Assembly: GCF_037042905.1 (NCBI RefSeq)
Contig: NC_087251.1
Coordinates: 13,828,001-13,892,000 of the forward strand
Direction: 5' to 3'
Length of the DNA stretch: 64,000 nucleotides
Origin: Lytechinus pictus
Lineage: Eukaryota
The notes below the pieces were generated by a model. It did no database searches. It saw only the letters and a program-made list of their open reading frames with translations, and was not told the DNA's origin. The position numbers and the translations under genes were made by a program. Below, one piece after another: positions 1 through 10,798 of the stretch. How positions within the stretch are numbered: the first letter of the stretch is position 1; each line of letters opens with the position of its first letter.

Positions 1-3000
1 CTCCAGACATCTGAAAAAAAATGACTTACCAACTTGAATAGAAAATATCACAATAAAAAGATAACAAAATGCATGAAACATGTAATCAAAGAAATAAAAC
101 AATTTCTTACCCTTCATCTTTCATTTGTTCATTGTGCACTAATTCTTTATCAAGTTGATCCTGTAACAGTTTCTCTTGGGCTTCTGATCTGGTGCGATTA
201 GTGTCAAAACGGCGTATGACCTAAATAGAAAGTTTGACAATGGGGTAATAAATAAGATTGAATAGATACGAATCATGTAAAAACTCGTTCATTGTAATGG
301 AATAGCACAATACATGATACAATTCATAATGCAAAAAAACCACACTGCATATCTCAGAAACACTACAGCACTAGGTCATGTCAAAGGAAGAACGGTAGCC
401 ATGTTTTTTCACTATCATTATCATTCTTTTTTTTTTTAGATGACAGTTTTCATCGGCCCAGTAGCAATAGAGTACCGAAGTGTGACGTTACTTTTTGCAT
501 ATTCGTGTTTCTATATCATATTTTGGTAGAGCTTGATGAATAATCCCCACAACCCAAATATTGTGACAATCGGTCCAAGGGATCCCAAGATGTAACCTCA
601 TGAATACATAATTAGCCCCATTGAAGTCAATGTATTATTGGCCTGGTTCTAAAAGTTAGAAACCAGGCAAATAATGAATTGACTTCATTGGGGCTAATTA
701 TGTATTCATGAGATCATATCTCAGGCCCCCATGGACCGATTCTCACCAAATTTTGGAAGTGGGGGTTTTTCATCATGCTATACCAGAATATGGTATCAAA
801 AACGCTGAAATTTATAAAAGTTTTTTTTTACATCATCACTTCGGTACTCTTTAATGAAATCATCCTCAAGTAAGGCAATTCATATCCCAGAAGCAACTTT
901 CTTCATACATTTCAATACTAATTATGCTCAGCAGAGGCCCTTTTTCATAAGTAAATTAACTTTGTCATGATGGTAAGTACCATATACACCTTGACATTAA
1001 TTGAATGCCGAGCCCTTTAACCATGAAAGTTACCATAATGGCAAGAATACTGTTACCATAGGTCTTTGTGAGACAAGACCCAATGACTAAAACTTACCTT
1101 CAGAATGTCATTAAGCTCTAATTTCTTGGCAGTCAACTGTTCTTGAAGGAGATCTACTTGTTTCTTTTGAGCTATGTTGGCTTCTTTCTGTTTCTTGGTC
1201 TTCTTGGCTGTGTCATGCTATAGATAAAAAAAAAATCACACCCAACATTAACCCGCTGACTATTGAATTATGTGCATCACATAGACTTTGTACAGGGACT
1301 ACCCAGTACAAGGAGTCAATGGGTGAACAGAATCTTAGTAAAACACACACACACACAAAAGGATTTCAATACTATACACACCTTTGAAAATTTACCTTAC
1401 AAATTTAGTGATTAAAATCACCTTACAAATTTAGTGATTAAATTTACCTTACAAATTTAGTGATTACATATCAGAAAGCTACAAAGATTATATCCTGTAA
1501 ACATCAGCCCACAATCCTGCTAAAAGGCAGGGTGATTATGCTACATTATTGTAGAATACTTCCACATTTCAGATAAAGTGTTAAGTACTATAAAGGCAAA
1601 TATAAGTAATCATTATTCGATTTGTAATTATGACTTACCACTGCCTGTTTGAGTCTTTTCTTCTCTTGCCTTGCATCAGATCTCTCCTGTATCATGTCTT
1701 CTTTCAAAATCACAATCCCCGTCTCAAGATCTACAATCTATTACACATCACACAAAAAAACCCAAAAATAATAACATTTTAGATTTTCACATTTCAAACT
1801 TAATTAAAAAAAATTCACAATCTTAGTCCCATACAACTCAAGCTTTTATCCAAGCCAATAAATTTTATTCATACAATGTATATCAATAAAAAATTACTTT
1901 TGCTAAGTAGGTTGTGTCCATGGTATTGCATATTAGGTTACTCACAATTTAGAACTAACTTGATATCACAATGATACACTGCATCATCCAAAATGAGTTA
2001 TCAATACATAAAACTTTGTAGTTGCAAACCAATAGTGAAAAGAGTCATGTCTTACAAAATGGATGAATTAATATTTTCAGTTGTCCCTCCTTTCCTTATT
2101 TTACTTACAGCTATCTTTCATTGATTATACATTATTGAAGAATTCGTTTTGTCTAAATTGTATCAACACTCAATGTACATATTTTTTTCAATTTCATGAT
2201 AGATATTATTTTGTCCTTACAGAACTCAATATGATCAATATAGTCTCATGCCACAGTCACAATGGCAATACCGACACCACACCCATCAAATCTATTACAA
2301 TGACATACCACTGGTTGATTTGTAGCTGATCTCATTGGTGAGACTGAAGCATCAGTGTCACATGTAGATCTCAATTCTTAACTTAAATCTTTTGGCAAAA
2401 TCACACTGTTAGAACTATATCACATATTAAAACATAATCTTGAATTGTGCATATTCATCATGAATATGTGTGCCCTGCATGTATCAAAATGTACCTTTTG
2501 ATTTGTCTCACGTAGATGATCTCTTGTCTCATTCAGCATAATTTGTTTTCTGTTGATCGAATGGAGAAAAGGACGATTCTATTAAGTTCAATAGCTTGTG
2601 ACTCATTCATAAACAAAAGGGCAATTCCACATGAACAAAGTAATTCTGTTATCACAATTTTTAGAGATTGTGGCTGTTTTTCAATCTTGTCTTCACTTTC
2701 CCAGTACTAGCCATTGAGTCATTTTCACAAAACAAATATTCTTCTAGAGCTGACTATGCATTACACCTATTATGACTATGACAGTGCGATTCCTCATGTA
2801 AGCTTTGTTCGTCACCAGGATGTGGATGTTCAGTATCATCAATTTCATTATTTCTACTATAAATATGAAGTGAGAGGATTGCTTTTCTCATCTGGAACTA
2901 CTCCCAAAGCCTTTTGCAATAGTGTAGTCTTCTGTATTATGAAAATGTACTATAGGTTTGTTTTTCACATATTTTTTTTTCTTTAAGAAAGGAAAAAAAA

Positions 3001-6000
3001 AAATAGCAATAAAAACAAATCACAAATGAGTTATCTCTTAATAGGAATAGAGTAACTAAAAGTTGGAAGATGCTTGAAAGGTTATTCTTACCCAGCCTTA
3101 TCAGCTAGACGTTGATTGAGTTGTGAAATGACCTCTTCATGCTGGGCTCGCACCATGTCTCTCTCAGGACTGTACATAATAAAATAAGAGAAACAAAATT
3201 ACTATGATAGACATATTGAAAATCTGTAAATATTCTATATATTCCCTTTACATACACCAATCTTAGCAAAAAAAGTAAATTCTGTTACTCATAGATGCTT
3301 GCAAAGAAAATATCAAGTCAGGTTTATCAGCTGCAAATGATACTGCCACAATAAAAAAAAACAATCTCAACTGAGAGAAATAGAAAAAACAAAATAATTT
3401 CAATTAAAAGTAAACCATCAGTATACAGCACATAGGTAGAGTCATAAAGACATAAGCAAATTTAATAAACATTATATTAGAATGTGAAAGAACAGGTGCT
3501 TACGCAAGAATTGCATTCTCCTTGCTCAATTTCTTGTGTGTTTCCTCCAGATCGTCAATGGTCTCATTCAGCAATTGCAATTTATCCTGAGACAAGAGGA
3601 AAAAAAACCCAACAAATTTGACAAAGTTTGATTTCATACCCTAGATATAAAGCTGTTTAGTTAGGTACCCCAAGTCTGCCCCTACGCATATTATCTGCAT
3701 GATTCTAATAAAAGAAGACCCACAATGAGTGACCACAAACTTTATGCCTGCAATGCTTAGACAGATATGTAATATAAAATATGATTCAAAATGGTGGAAA
3801 AATGTTGAATTTCAGGCATTTCATGTAACAGCCTCAAAATGCAGCCTTTTGTGATGTCATGGTACTGCCTATGATTAGGGTTGGGGTGGGCATGACCTCA
3901 ACCCTATCAAGCCCGTTGAAGACCCCTTTAAACATTTTTCTTGATAAATCTGTAACCCGAAAAGATCGCGCCGGGGACGTTTCATGGATTTTTTCCTTCA
4001 AGTCTTGCGCAACTTTTAAGACCAAATTCATGGCGCTGCCAGGGGTACGCAGTTCTGAAGTTACATAATATTTTGTAAGTGAATGTCAGACCAAAAATTG
4101 CTTAAAAATGTGATTTCATGTACAAATCCAATACAAATTCAGTACGTAGCCAAAATTCATAAATGTATCACTATTTTTATTATTACTGACTAAAAGCAAT
4201 AGATTTCATGTTATTTATGACTGAAATAATGTTGCCAAAGATATCCATTAAAAAAATGCAAAAAATAAAGTTGGAAAAATAAAGAAATATAGAGTGTCCA
4301 CACGAAAATCTAGAAGTTGGGGCTATATTTAAAGATTTACAGCCAAATTATGATTTTATGCATTAAATTATGATCAATTAAAAATAAATTTGAATAATTC
4401 TGGCACAATTGACAATTGAATCGTGGGGATTACTTCATGGGTGATGTGCGTGCCAATTTTCATCGCGCGATCAACGGCCGAAATCTGAGGGGGGGGGGAG
4501 CTGTTTATGCCCTCCCTGGGCTGTATGCAATTTCAATATAGCCTGGGCTGTATAGGGTTAAAGCCATCTGCAACTAAGTACTGAACTATTCTCCTTTTTA
4601 CTTTCCCACCTCTCAATAATACTGTTTCTCCGTTGATTCAATTTCATCCACTATCGACCCAATCCAACAAAAAAGGAAAAAATACCCCAATAAATGGAAT
4701 CAAGACATGTATTTCACAGGTCATACTACACTTGAAGATCACCAAATTCCCTTGACATTCTCAAACAGGATAATTCAAATGTCTGTGATTCACCTGCAAA
4801 TTTTTGAGCTCATCTGCATTAGACTGTCGAGCTGATTCAAGAGCCGCCATGATTTCTTTCTTGATCTGATCAGGAAAGAACTGAAGCTGATGTCGAAGAA
4901 TACTTGAGTTGATTGTCTCTGTCTCCAGAAGCATGTGGAGCTTCACTCGCTCTGCATCCTGAAACAAGGAAAGTGAATTACTTGATTAGCTTTTAATCTT
5001 CATATTGGCATCCAATATATCTTTCCTCTACAAGATTAATTATCAGATATAAAAAGGGCTTCAGATAGTGTTTTACAATTTAAATGCATTGTCGATTTAA
5101 GTATTTGAACGATCAGTTTCCTTGAAACATTTTTTTTTTCAGTATTGAACAAAAACAGATACTGATGCATTAAGAATTACACACCATGCAAAGTCTTTAG
5201 ACCCTCTTGTTCATGCAACAATACATGACAAGAATACCAATGTATTATTCATAGTTCAAATTAATGACACTCCAAATTTCTTAAAGCAACTTACCAAATA
5301 ATCAGTACTTAGAAGCATACAAGATAATTTTACTTGTGGTGATTTCTTTCTGATAAGTTTTGACATTTGATGCCAATAAATTTGTAGGATCTTAGAGTCC
5401 ACATATCCACTGACTGATTCTCATAACATAATGACAGTATACAGTGCTCACAGAAAATCTAAAATGGTGCTCTTGCTTGCAATATATTAGAGCTGTCCTT
5501 AACTCCTTTCAACTGTTTTATTGAAATAACTGATGTGACTAAGAGGCAATTTATATGATATCAAAGATGATTATCCTTTGATGCCATCTTTTTATATTGG
5601 GACCTTTGATATTGCTCCCGAATGGTTAAAATAAATGAATTTTCTGCCAATGTCATTCAGGGATCATGATGATTGATTGTAATCAATTAAAATAAGAGGG
5701 GGACAGGTATAATAATCAAGAGAGCACAGAGTATGGGGAATGGAGGAAGTGAGAGTTAGAAAAGGATAAGAGACAGAGAGAGAGAAAGAGAAGAGAGAAG
5801 AGAGAGGGTGAAAGAGAAACAGCCAAAGAGACAAATAGAGGGAGAGAGAGAGAGAGGAGGTATATAAAGGGGGAGATACAGGAACTGAGAGAAGAGATGT
5901 ACAGAGAAACAGAGAGATGAAGGGACAAAAGCAGAGAGGCAGAGACAGCAGAGAGAGAGAGAGAAGTGGCAGAGATGAGGGGGTGACAGTGAGATGGTGG

Positions 6001-9000
6001 AGAAACCACTTGTAATACATATTGCAATAATGTAAATATGCCATCAACCTAGCTACAAAGAATACCATAATGATTGAACCCCTAAGGGAAGTTAATGCTG
6101 TTTGATTTAAACACATTTTTTTCATATCACCCATGTTCAAACACAAATACTAGATTTTAAATGGCTATTACACTTTGTTGGGCTGTATATTAATATCTTT
6201 TATTGAAACAAGGGTTTGATGATTGATTTGAAAACAAGAACTCTATGAATCATGAATCATAGTTTATTTGTTGCTAAACCCTAAATTGGAGATCATAAAA
6301 TGGTAAGGGAGAATGGCCATTATGGGCCTGTAACACAAAGCTCAACAATCATTGCAGAACAATGTCTTTATGATTGTGTGCATTGACAACAATGTACAAT
6401 CTATAAATAAAAATCAAGGGTACAATCAATCGCTAACATTAATATTGAAACGATTGTAAACAGCAGGTTAGATACAGGATAATGTTAGTTCCTTGTGGTA
6501 CTTTATTCTGGCAATATAATGAGTTTGCAGAACAACAATTAGATGATCATTGTGACCTAATGGTGATATAGGCAGGGTTTGGCTCAATTACAAAGTAATT
6601 GATGAATTACGTAATTAATTACATTTTTGGAGCAATTTAATTTGTAGAGTAATTTGTAATTGAAATTTTTTAGGAGAACGTAATTGTAATTGAAAAATTG
6701 TAATTGACTCAAATTACTGTCAATTACTTTTAATTACATTCAATTACATTATAACTTAATTTATTATTCAATTTACTCTGGATTGCTTATTTCTCTTTTC
6801 CCTTAGCTATATAGTGCTCTCTTGCATGAAACTGTATCCTTTCCCATGATAGGGAGGAAAGAGGAGATGCTATTGCTATAAAGAAGTGCACAAAATGGGT
6901 GGCGCTACATACAAAATATGAATTGATCTGATTTATGACTTATAGAAAGTAATTGAATTGTAATTGTAAATTTAGCATATCTTCAATTACGAAATTGCAA
7001 TTGTAATTGAAGAAAGTAATTGAGCCCAACCCTGGATATAGGTGATTACTTACTAATCATGAATATGATGATGATGACGACGATGATGATGATCAGATGA
7101 CAATGGTGGCAATGATCAGATAACAAAGGTGGTAAGAATTGTATGACAATGGAGGTTACAATGATGATGAAAAGAACAAACTCCAGGAACAACAAAACCC
7201 TAGAATTAAATTAAATTGACCTAGAAAACGTAAGGTAAACCTCACCAAATGATAGATTTATTATGAAAATTGTGGGGGTTTGGCAAAGGTTGATATGAAA
7301 TTCTTACCAATTCTTTGATAGCTTCTGATACTCCGTCAATCATTGTAATATCATTATCTCTGAAGCCAAATTCTTCACTCTTCATCCGTTCAGCTATCAA
7401 AGTAAGCAAAAAGCATAACACAATAAATTAAAAAGATACATCTACCTAGAGATCAAATACATGTCAGTTATCATGGCTGTCTTCCATCAACACTCTGGGT
7501 CCAATCATCACATAAACTGCCATCTTGCAAATCTCTGTCACCATTCCCATATGGCAGCTACAAGTTTAACTCAAACCTCGCATTGCCATTAGTATTTAAG
7601 CTTCTTGCTCTTGGCCAATAATCTTTGGAAAATTTACCACAAATTAGAGAAAGGTGTTTTTATATTAAAATCGTCATCCATGTACTTTTTATCACTTGTA
7701 AATAATGTGCTCCCCGATCCCCAGTCTTGTCTTCAGATGGCTACGTAAACATTGGCAAGTTTTTCCCCCGTCTTCTCAAAATATAATTCTTGGTGGTTTT
7801 TTTTAATGAATATTTGCTTAAAAATGAAATCAACATTCTTTGAATGTCGGAAATGAAGTTCTACATGTATCCCATGCATAATTTAGGGCTAGATCTTTTA
7901 CAGGGAAGGTAGAAATCTTCGGGGCGAAAATTGCAACGTTGACCGCAGTATACGCACATGAATGGGGCACAATCCCTGGCTCTGTGGAGAATAAGCACAC
8001 GTTAGTGATTTTTTCTCTCTAGGAGCCTCCTGGTGGAGGTGGGGGAGTATGATGGTTGTCCCCAAGTCTGCACACCTAAGAGTTGAGTTAAGATTTAACA
8101 TGAACTTCTTTTTATTTCACAAAATCTTTAGGTTGATAACGTTCCTTATATTATTATGAGGAAGTGTGCCAAAAATCTCATAAAAATTTGAAAGAAATAT
8201 ATGATTTTCTCGGGAAAAACCTCAGTCAATCATTTTCAGATTCAACAAAAAAATGGTGCCCCATGTCTGCGCACCCATTCACTTTGCATGGGATCCAGGG
8301 ATTTTGATGACAACAGCTGCATTTTGAGGCCGTCACATGAAATTACCATTGAAATCAAATGCCCAAAGTTCATTATTTTTCCACTATTTTGAGTCGTATT
8401 TTTTAATGAATGTCTGTCTATGTATTGCATTTGCATATGTATAGCTTGTGTTTGTTGCGTATCTTCTTTTACTAGAAATAGAATCGCGCAGGTATGCGTA
8501 TGTGCAGACAAAGGGGGACTGCACAGACTTGGGGGAACCTGTCATACCAGAAAAGAAAGGGAAGTACAAAAAAGAGGTGAGAAATAATAATGATTATGAA
8601 AATAAAATGAAAATAGATAAATGATTTAGCATGTTTAGTAACATCTTACTGATCTTAGTATTGTATCGCGTTTTTTCCTGAACGTTATATAAACATGTTT
8701 TCTTTACCATACATGATTTCTTTTAAAAAAATTTGTTTTCATGTTGTTTATCTTATGATAAAGCATGAGGGGTCAGAGAGATTGCCGGCCATTTCGATAT
8801 TTCAAGTTTGGTTGAATAAAAAATGGAAAAGGTGTGGGGAAAAGAGGGAGAAAATGTGAGAAAATAAAAGAAAACACATTTTTTTTAAATATTATATATG
8901 AGGCCCCTTATGGGCCTAAATTACCCCGGAGAAGTTAAAATGACATCCGTTTTGCCATGAAATTAATGACAGCCCCCATAAAAATAACTTGGCGCCATCC

Positions 9001-10100
9001 CAGATAAAATGCATCAGAGTGCAATCGAATGACCCCCAAAAATGTTTAAATGTGATATGTCAGTGTGGCTTGCCGTAAACGCATTTTCTCTCAATGCTGA
9101 CGGTGGCGGGCGGTGTGCAAAGTCGATCATGCCTACGTAGGACATGTCTGGAGGTGTCTTTCTAAGGTCAAGGACCATTCTTCGTATCGCCCAAATCGGC
9201 TTTGTGAAACAGTTGAGCGATATCTCGTTCTTACTCTTAGTTCTTACGTAGAACGGTTCTACGAAAGACCCTTTCATGCAACAGGCCTGAGGGAGCTCTG
9301 GCCCGGAGCTCCCTGGGTTAGGCATGACCTAGAACAGTCAAAAGCTTCGGTCTCTGTTATGTTGGTTGTTCCGCTGAACTCCGTTGGCTCCACTCACCAA
9401 AATACAGAGACCGAAGACGAAGTTCTAGCTCGATCTGTACAGGGGACTCAATGGCCATATGTTTATGTATTACTATTAAGTTCGGATAAAACAGGAAAGT
9501 GAAGTTGCACGACAGCCAAAGTCAATGTTTTTTCCCCCGTTTTTGTGCATTTCAGGCCAAAACGGAATAATTAATCAATCATCATCTTTATTTTGGTAGG
9601 TCTAGTTAAGTTAGGCCTAGGGCTAGGCCTACAGTTCTTATCTTATTCTAGGCCTAGCCCTAGGGCTAGGCCCTATATTTTTATGAAATAAAGAAAAAAA
9701 TCGATGAGCCCCGTCGGGGGGATTTTGCATTGCATTGTTAACCCCCTAATGGTGGCTGCACGATAGCGAGCCGTCTGTGTACGAGGAGAAATTAAAAAAA
9801 AAAATTAAATGTAAATAAAAAAAACTCCTCGAAACAGACGGCTGCCAGCTGTCTAGGCATGACCGGGCCCGGCCGCCAGAGCTTCGGGGTGTGTGTACGT
9901 GAATTCCCGGTATGGTACCGGGTTCCATTCGATGGTACGATACGGCGTAGGCTATAGCCTATAGTATAACCGCAGGGGCCGGGCCGGGCAATAAATAAAA
10001 ACCCATCAAACCCAAATGTAATCCAAATTAAATAATAACCTAATTCTTGAAGACGCTGGAGTGCAGCATTCACTCCTGGCATTTCCGTGCTGGCAGACAT
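1..10100 (-). CDS. CCDC175: Coiled-coil domain-containing protein 175-like; 5' part of a multi-exon gene that continues off the left edge
   Basis: In-phase GT-AG exons (minus): 10100-10040, 7393-7308, 4958-4794, 3586-3504, 3169-3092, 2549-2495, 1737-1639, 1217-1098, 220-111, 10-1. Spliced product: MSASTEMPGVNAALQRLQELAERMKSEEFGFRDNDITMIDGVSEAIKELDAERVKLHMLLETETINSSILRHQLQFFPDQIKKEIMAALESARQSNADELKNLQDKLQLLNETIDDLEETHKKLSKENAILAPERDMVRAQHEEVISQLNQRLADKAGKQIMLNETRDHLRETNQKIVDLETG... It is colinear with the vertebrate CCDC175 N-terminus as I recall it (LLE.E...P..IK.E....AR..N; H.....LNQ....KA.....NET). Gene structure is seen directly; the name rests on recalled similarity. Confidence 0.85.
469..850. 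mobile_element. Fold-back MITE (whole element is an imperfect palindrome) in a CCDC175 intron
   Basis: Ends AGAGTACCGAAGTG / CACTTCGGTACTCT; arms stay complementary inward (CTCATGAATACATAATTAGCCCCA / TGGGGCTAATTATGTATTCATGAG), centre ~655. Confidence 0.85.
1388..1465. repeat. 26-bp minisatellite, 3 copies
   Basis: AAATTTACCTTACAAATTTAGTGATT repeated three times (middle copy has 2 substitutions). Confidence 0.9.
3902..4557. mobile_element. Non-autonomous piggyBac-like element
   Basis: Termini CCCTAT..AGCCC / GGGCT..ATAGGG, flanked by TCAA (degenerate) and TTAA; internal sequence shared with the copy at ~27368-27830. Confidence 0.65.
5740..5995. repeat. GA-rich low-complexity / degenerate (GA)n tract
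   Basis: Purine-rich GAGA runs; explains the spurious Leu/Ser-rich minus-strand ORFs. Confidence 0.9.
6573..7034. mobile_element. hAT-type MITE with 8-bp TSD
   Basis: TIRs CAGGGTTTGGCTCAATTAC / GTAATTGAGCCCAACCCTG; perfect 8-bp duplication GATATAGG at 6565-6572 and 7035-7042; subterminal GTAATT repeats. Confidence 0.9.
7730..8035 (+). repeat. Diverged interspersed repeat, related to ~31315-31650
   Basis: Colinear shared blocks AGATGGC..CGTAAACAT..GGCAAGT, GGCTAGATCTTTTA..GTAGAAATCT, ATCCCTGGCT and CGTTAGT..CTCTCTAG.AGCC.CCTGG in both places; boundaries approximate. Confidence 0.65.
9063..9460 (+). ncRNA. Candidate large structured RNA (~400 nt), family unknown
   Basis: Nested helices: 9063-70/9453-60, 9071-76/9100-05, 9081-85/9093-97, 9114-19/9436-41, 9122-26/9430-34, 9127-35/9319-27, 9156-62/9263-69, 9184-90/9217-23, 9226-31/9250-55, 9291-99/9305-13, 9329-35/9422-28, 9345-57/9404-16 (perfect 13 bp), 9362-66/9396-9400. 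Non-Watson-Crick positions are mostly G-U on the + strand. Expression is not shown. Confidence 0.5.
9708..9960 (+). other. Second GC-rich folded block with a long stem closing an A-rich loop
   Basis: Helices 9750-58/9870-78, 9762-67/9848-53, 9769-78/9834-43 and 9782-88/9825-31 around a 36-nt A-rich loop; closing 9708-13/9885-90; small hairpins 9906-9922 and 9925-9935. G-U pairs again favour +. Confidence 0.35.
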
Positions 10101-10798
10101 TTTGGCCAAATTTCTCTGGATCCTGTTTTAAAAAAACCGTGTTGGACTTGGACTTTGGAGTACGGTAGGTCGCGAAGAGTTTCCCGTTGCCTGGGGTGCA
10201 AGTAAACAACTACAGAGGGCAGCATAGCGGAAGTATTTTGTTCAGTCCCATCCCACGTACTGATATCTGTGTTTATAAAATAGCTGTATTATTTCAAGCA
10301 TCGCGATTGGTCAATACGCGTCACATGACATCCAACTTTTTTTGTGCACTGCACGGTAGTGCAAAAGGTGTGCAACGAAAATTGACATTGCACGCTCGAG
10401 CAAACCAGTGCGGTAGAAGTCCAACAAAACTGTACTGTAACTTTTAAAAAAATTGTTTCTGTGTTGCTATTTTATAAAACAAATAATGCACTTGCTCTGT
10501 CGTGCGTAAAAGTAAATGCAGAGAAAGCTCGGTTTCTTCAGATGGAGCACACTGGGCACTCGCCGCAAGCGGCTCGTGCACAGTGCGACTCCTATCTAAA
10601 GAAACCTCGCGTGCTCTGCATTTCCACTAACGCACTCGGCTGCATGCATTATTTGTATAAAATAAGACAGACGACTTGCATATACATTCACATACGAAGT
10701 TAGTGCTGGCTTCAAATTTGTCTAGATCTAAATTCTAAGTTAGATCAAATTGTGTTTCATCCGACGTCAATTTGCGGTGATGACGGCCCTTTAACATA
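10101..10798. promoter_or_regulatory. Bidirectional CCDC175/PIGH promoter region
   Basis: Divergent ATGs only ~700 bp apart. RFX X-box-like half site GTTGCCTGGG (10186), forkhead GTAAACAA (10202), ETS CGGAAGT (10228), inverted CCAAT (~10306) and E-box GTCACATGAC (10320). Confidence 0.6.
10273..10662. mobile_element. Non-autonomous double-inverted-repeat element (Crypton-like, tentative)
   Basis: IR pair A TTATAAAATAGC 10273-84 / GCTATTTTATAA 10466-77; IR pair B 10470-90 / 10645-62 enclosing CTCGCCGCAAGCGGCTCG. Same architecture, mirrored, as 16261-16721. Superfamily call is from recollection. Confidence 0.55.

Noticed and set aside
2309..2375. Extra CCDC175 exon (open frame ending at a GTATGT donor)
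   Set aside because: No suitable in-phase acceptor; the frame is already completed by exon 2549-2495.
5664..6146. 160-aa Leu/Ser-rich ORF
   Set aside because: Translation of a (CT)n-like intronic tract.
9095..9125. rRNA gene or mitochondrial rRNA insertion on the minus strand (GCACACCGCCCGCCACC)
   Set aside because: Similarity is limited to ~20 nt; flanking conserved SSU motifs such as AAGTCGTAAC are absent.
9117..9715. RNase MRP/P RNA (GCAAAGTC at 9117 with GGGGACTCA at 9442; ACGGGGCTCAT plus T-run on minus at ~9704-9714)
   Set aside because: CR-V-like words are present but there is no matching GAAAGUCCCC-type CR-I to form P4, and no P2 or correctly placed GARAR loop. A covariance-model search should still be run.
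9310..9750. Telomerase RNA (CTAACCC on minus at ~9315-9321; TTAACCCCCTAA on plus at 9738-9749)
   Set aside because: Neither is a 1.5-repeat TTAGGG template. The first overlaps a stem on the disfavoured strand, and no U-rich/A-rich pseudoknot or convincing H/ACA end follows.
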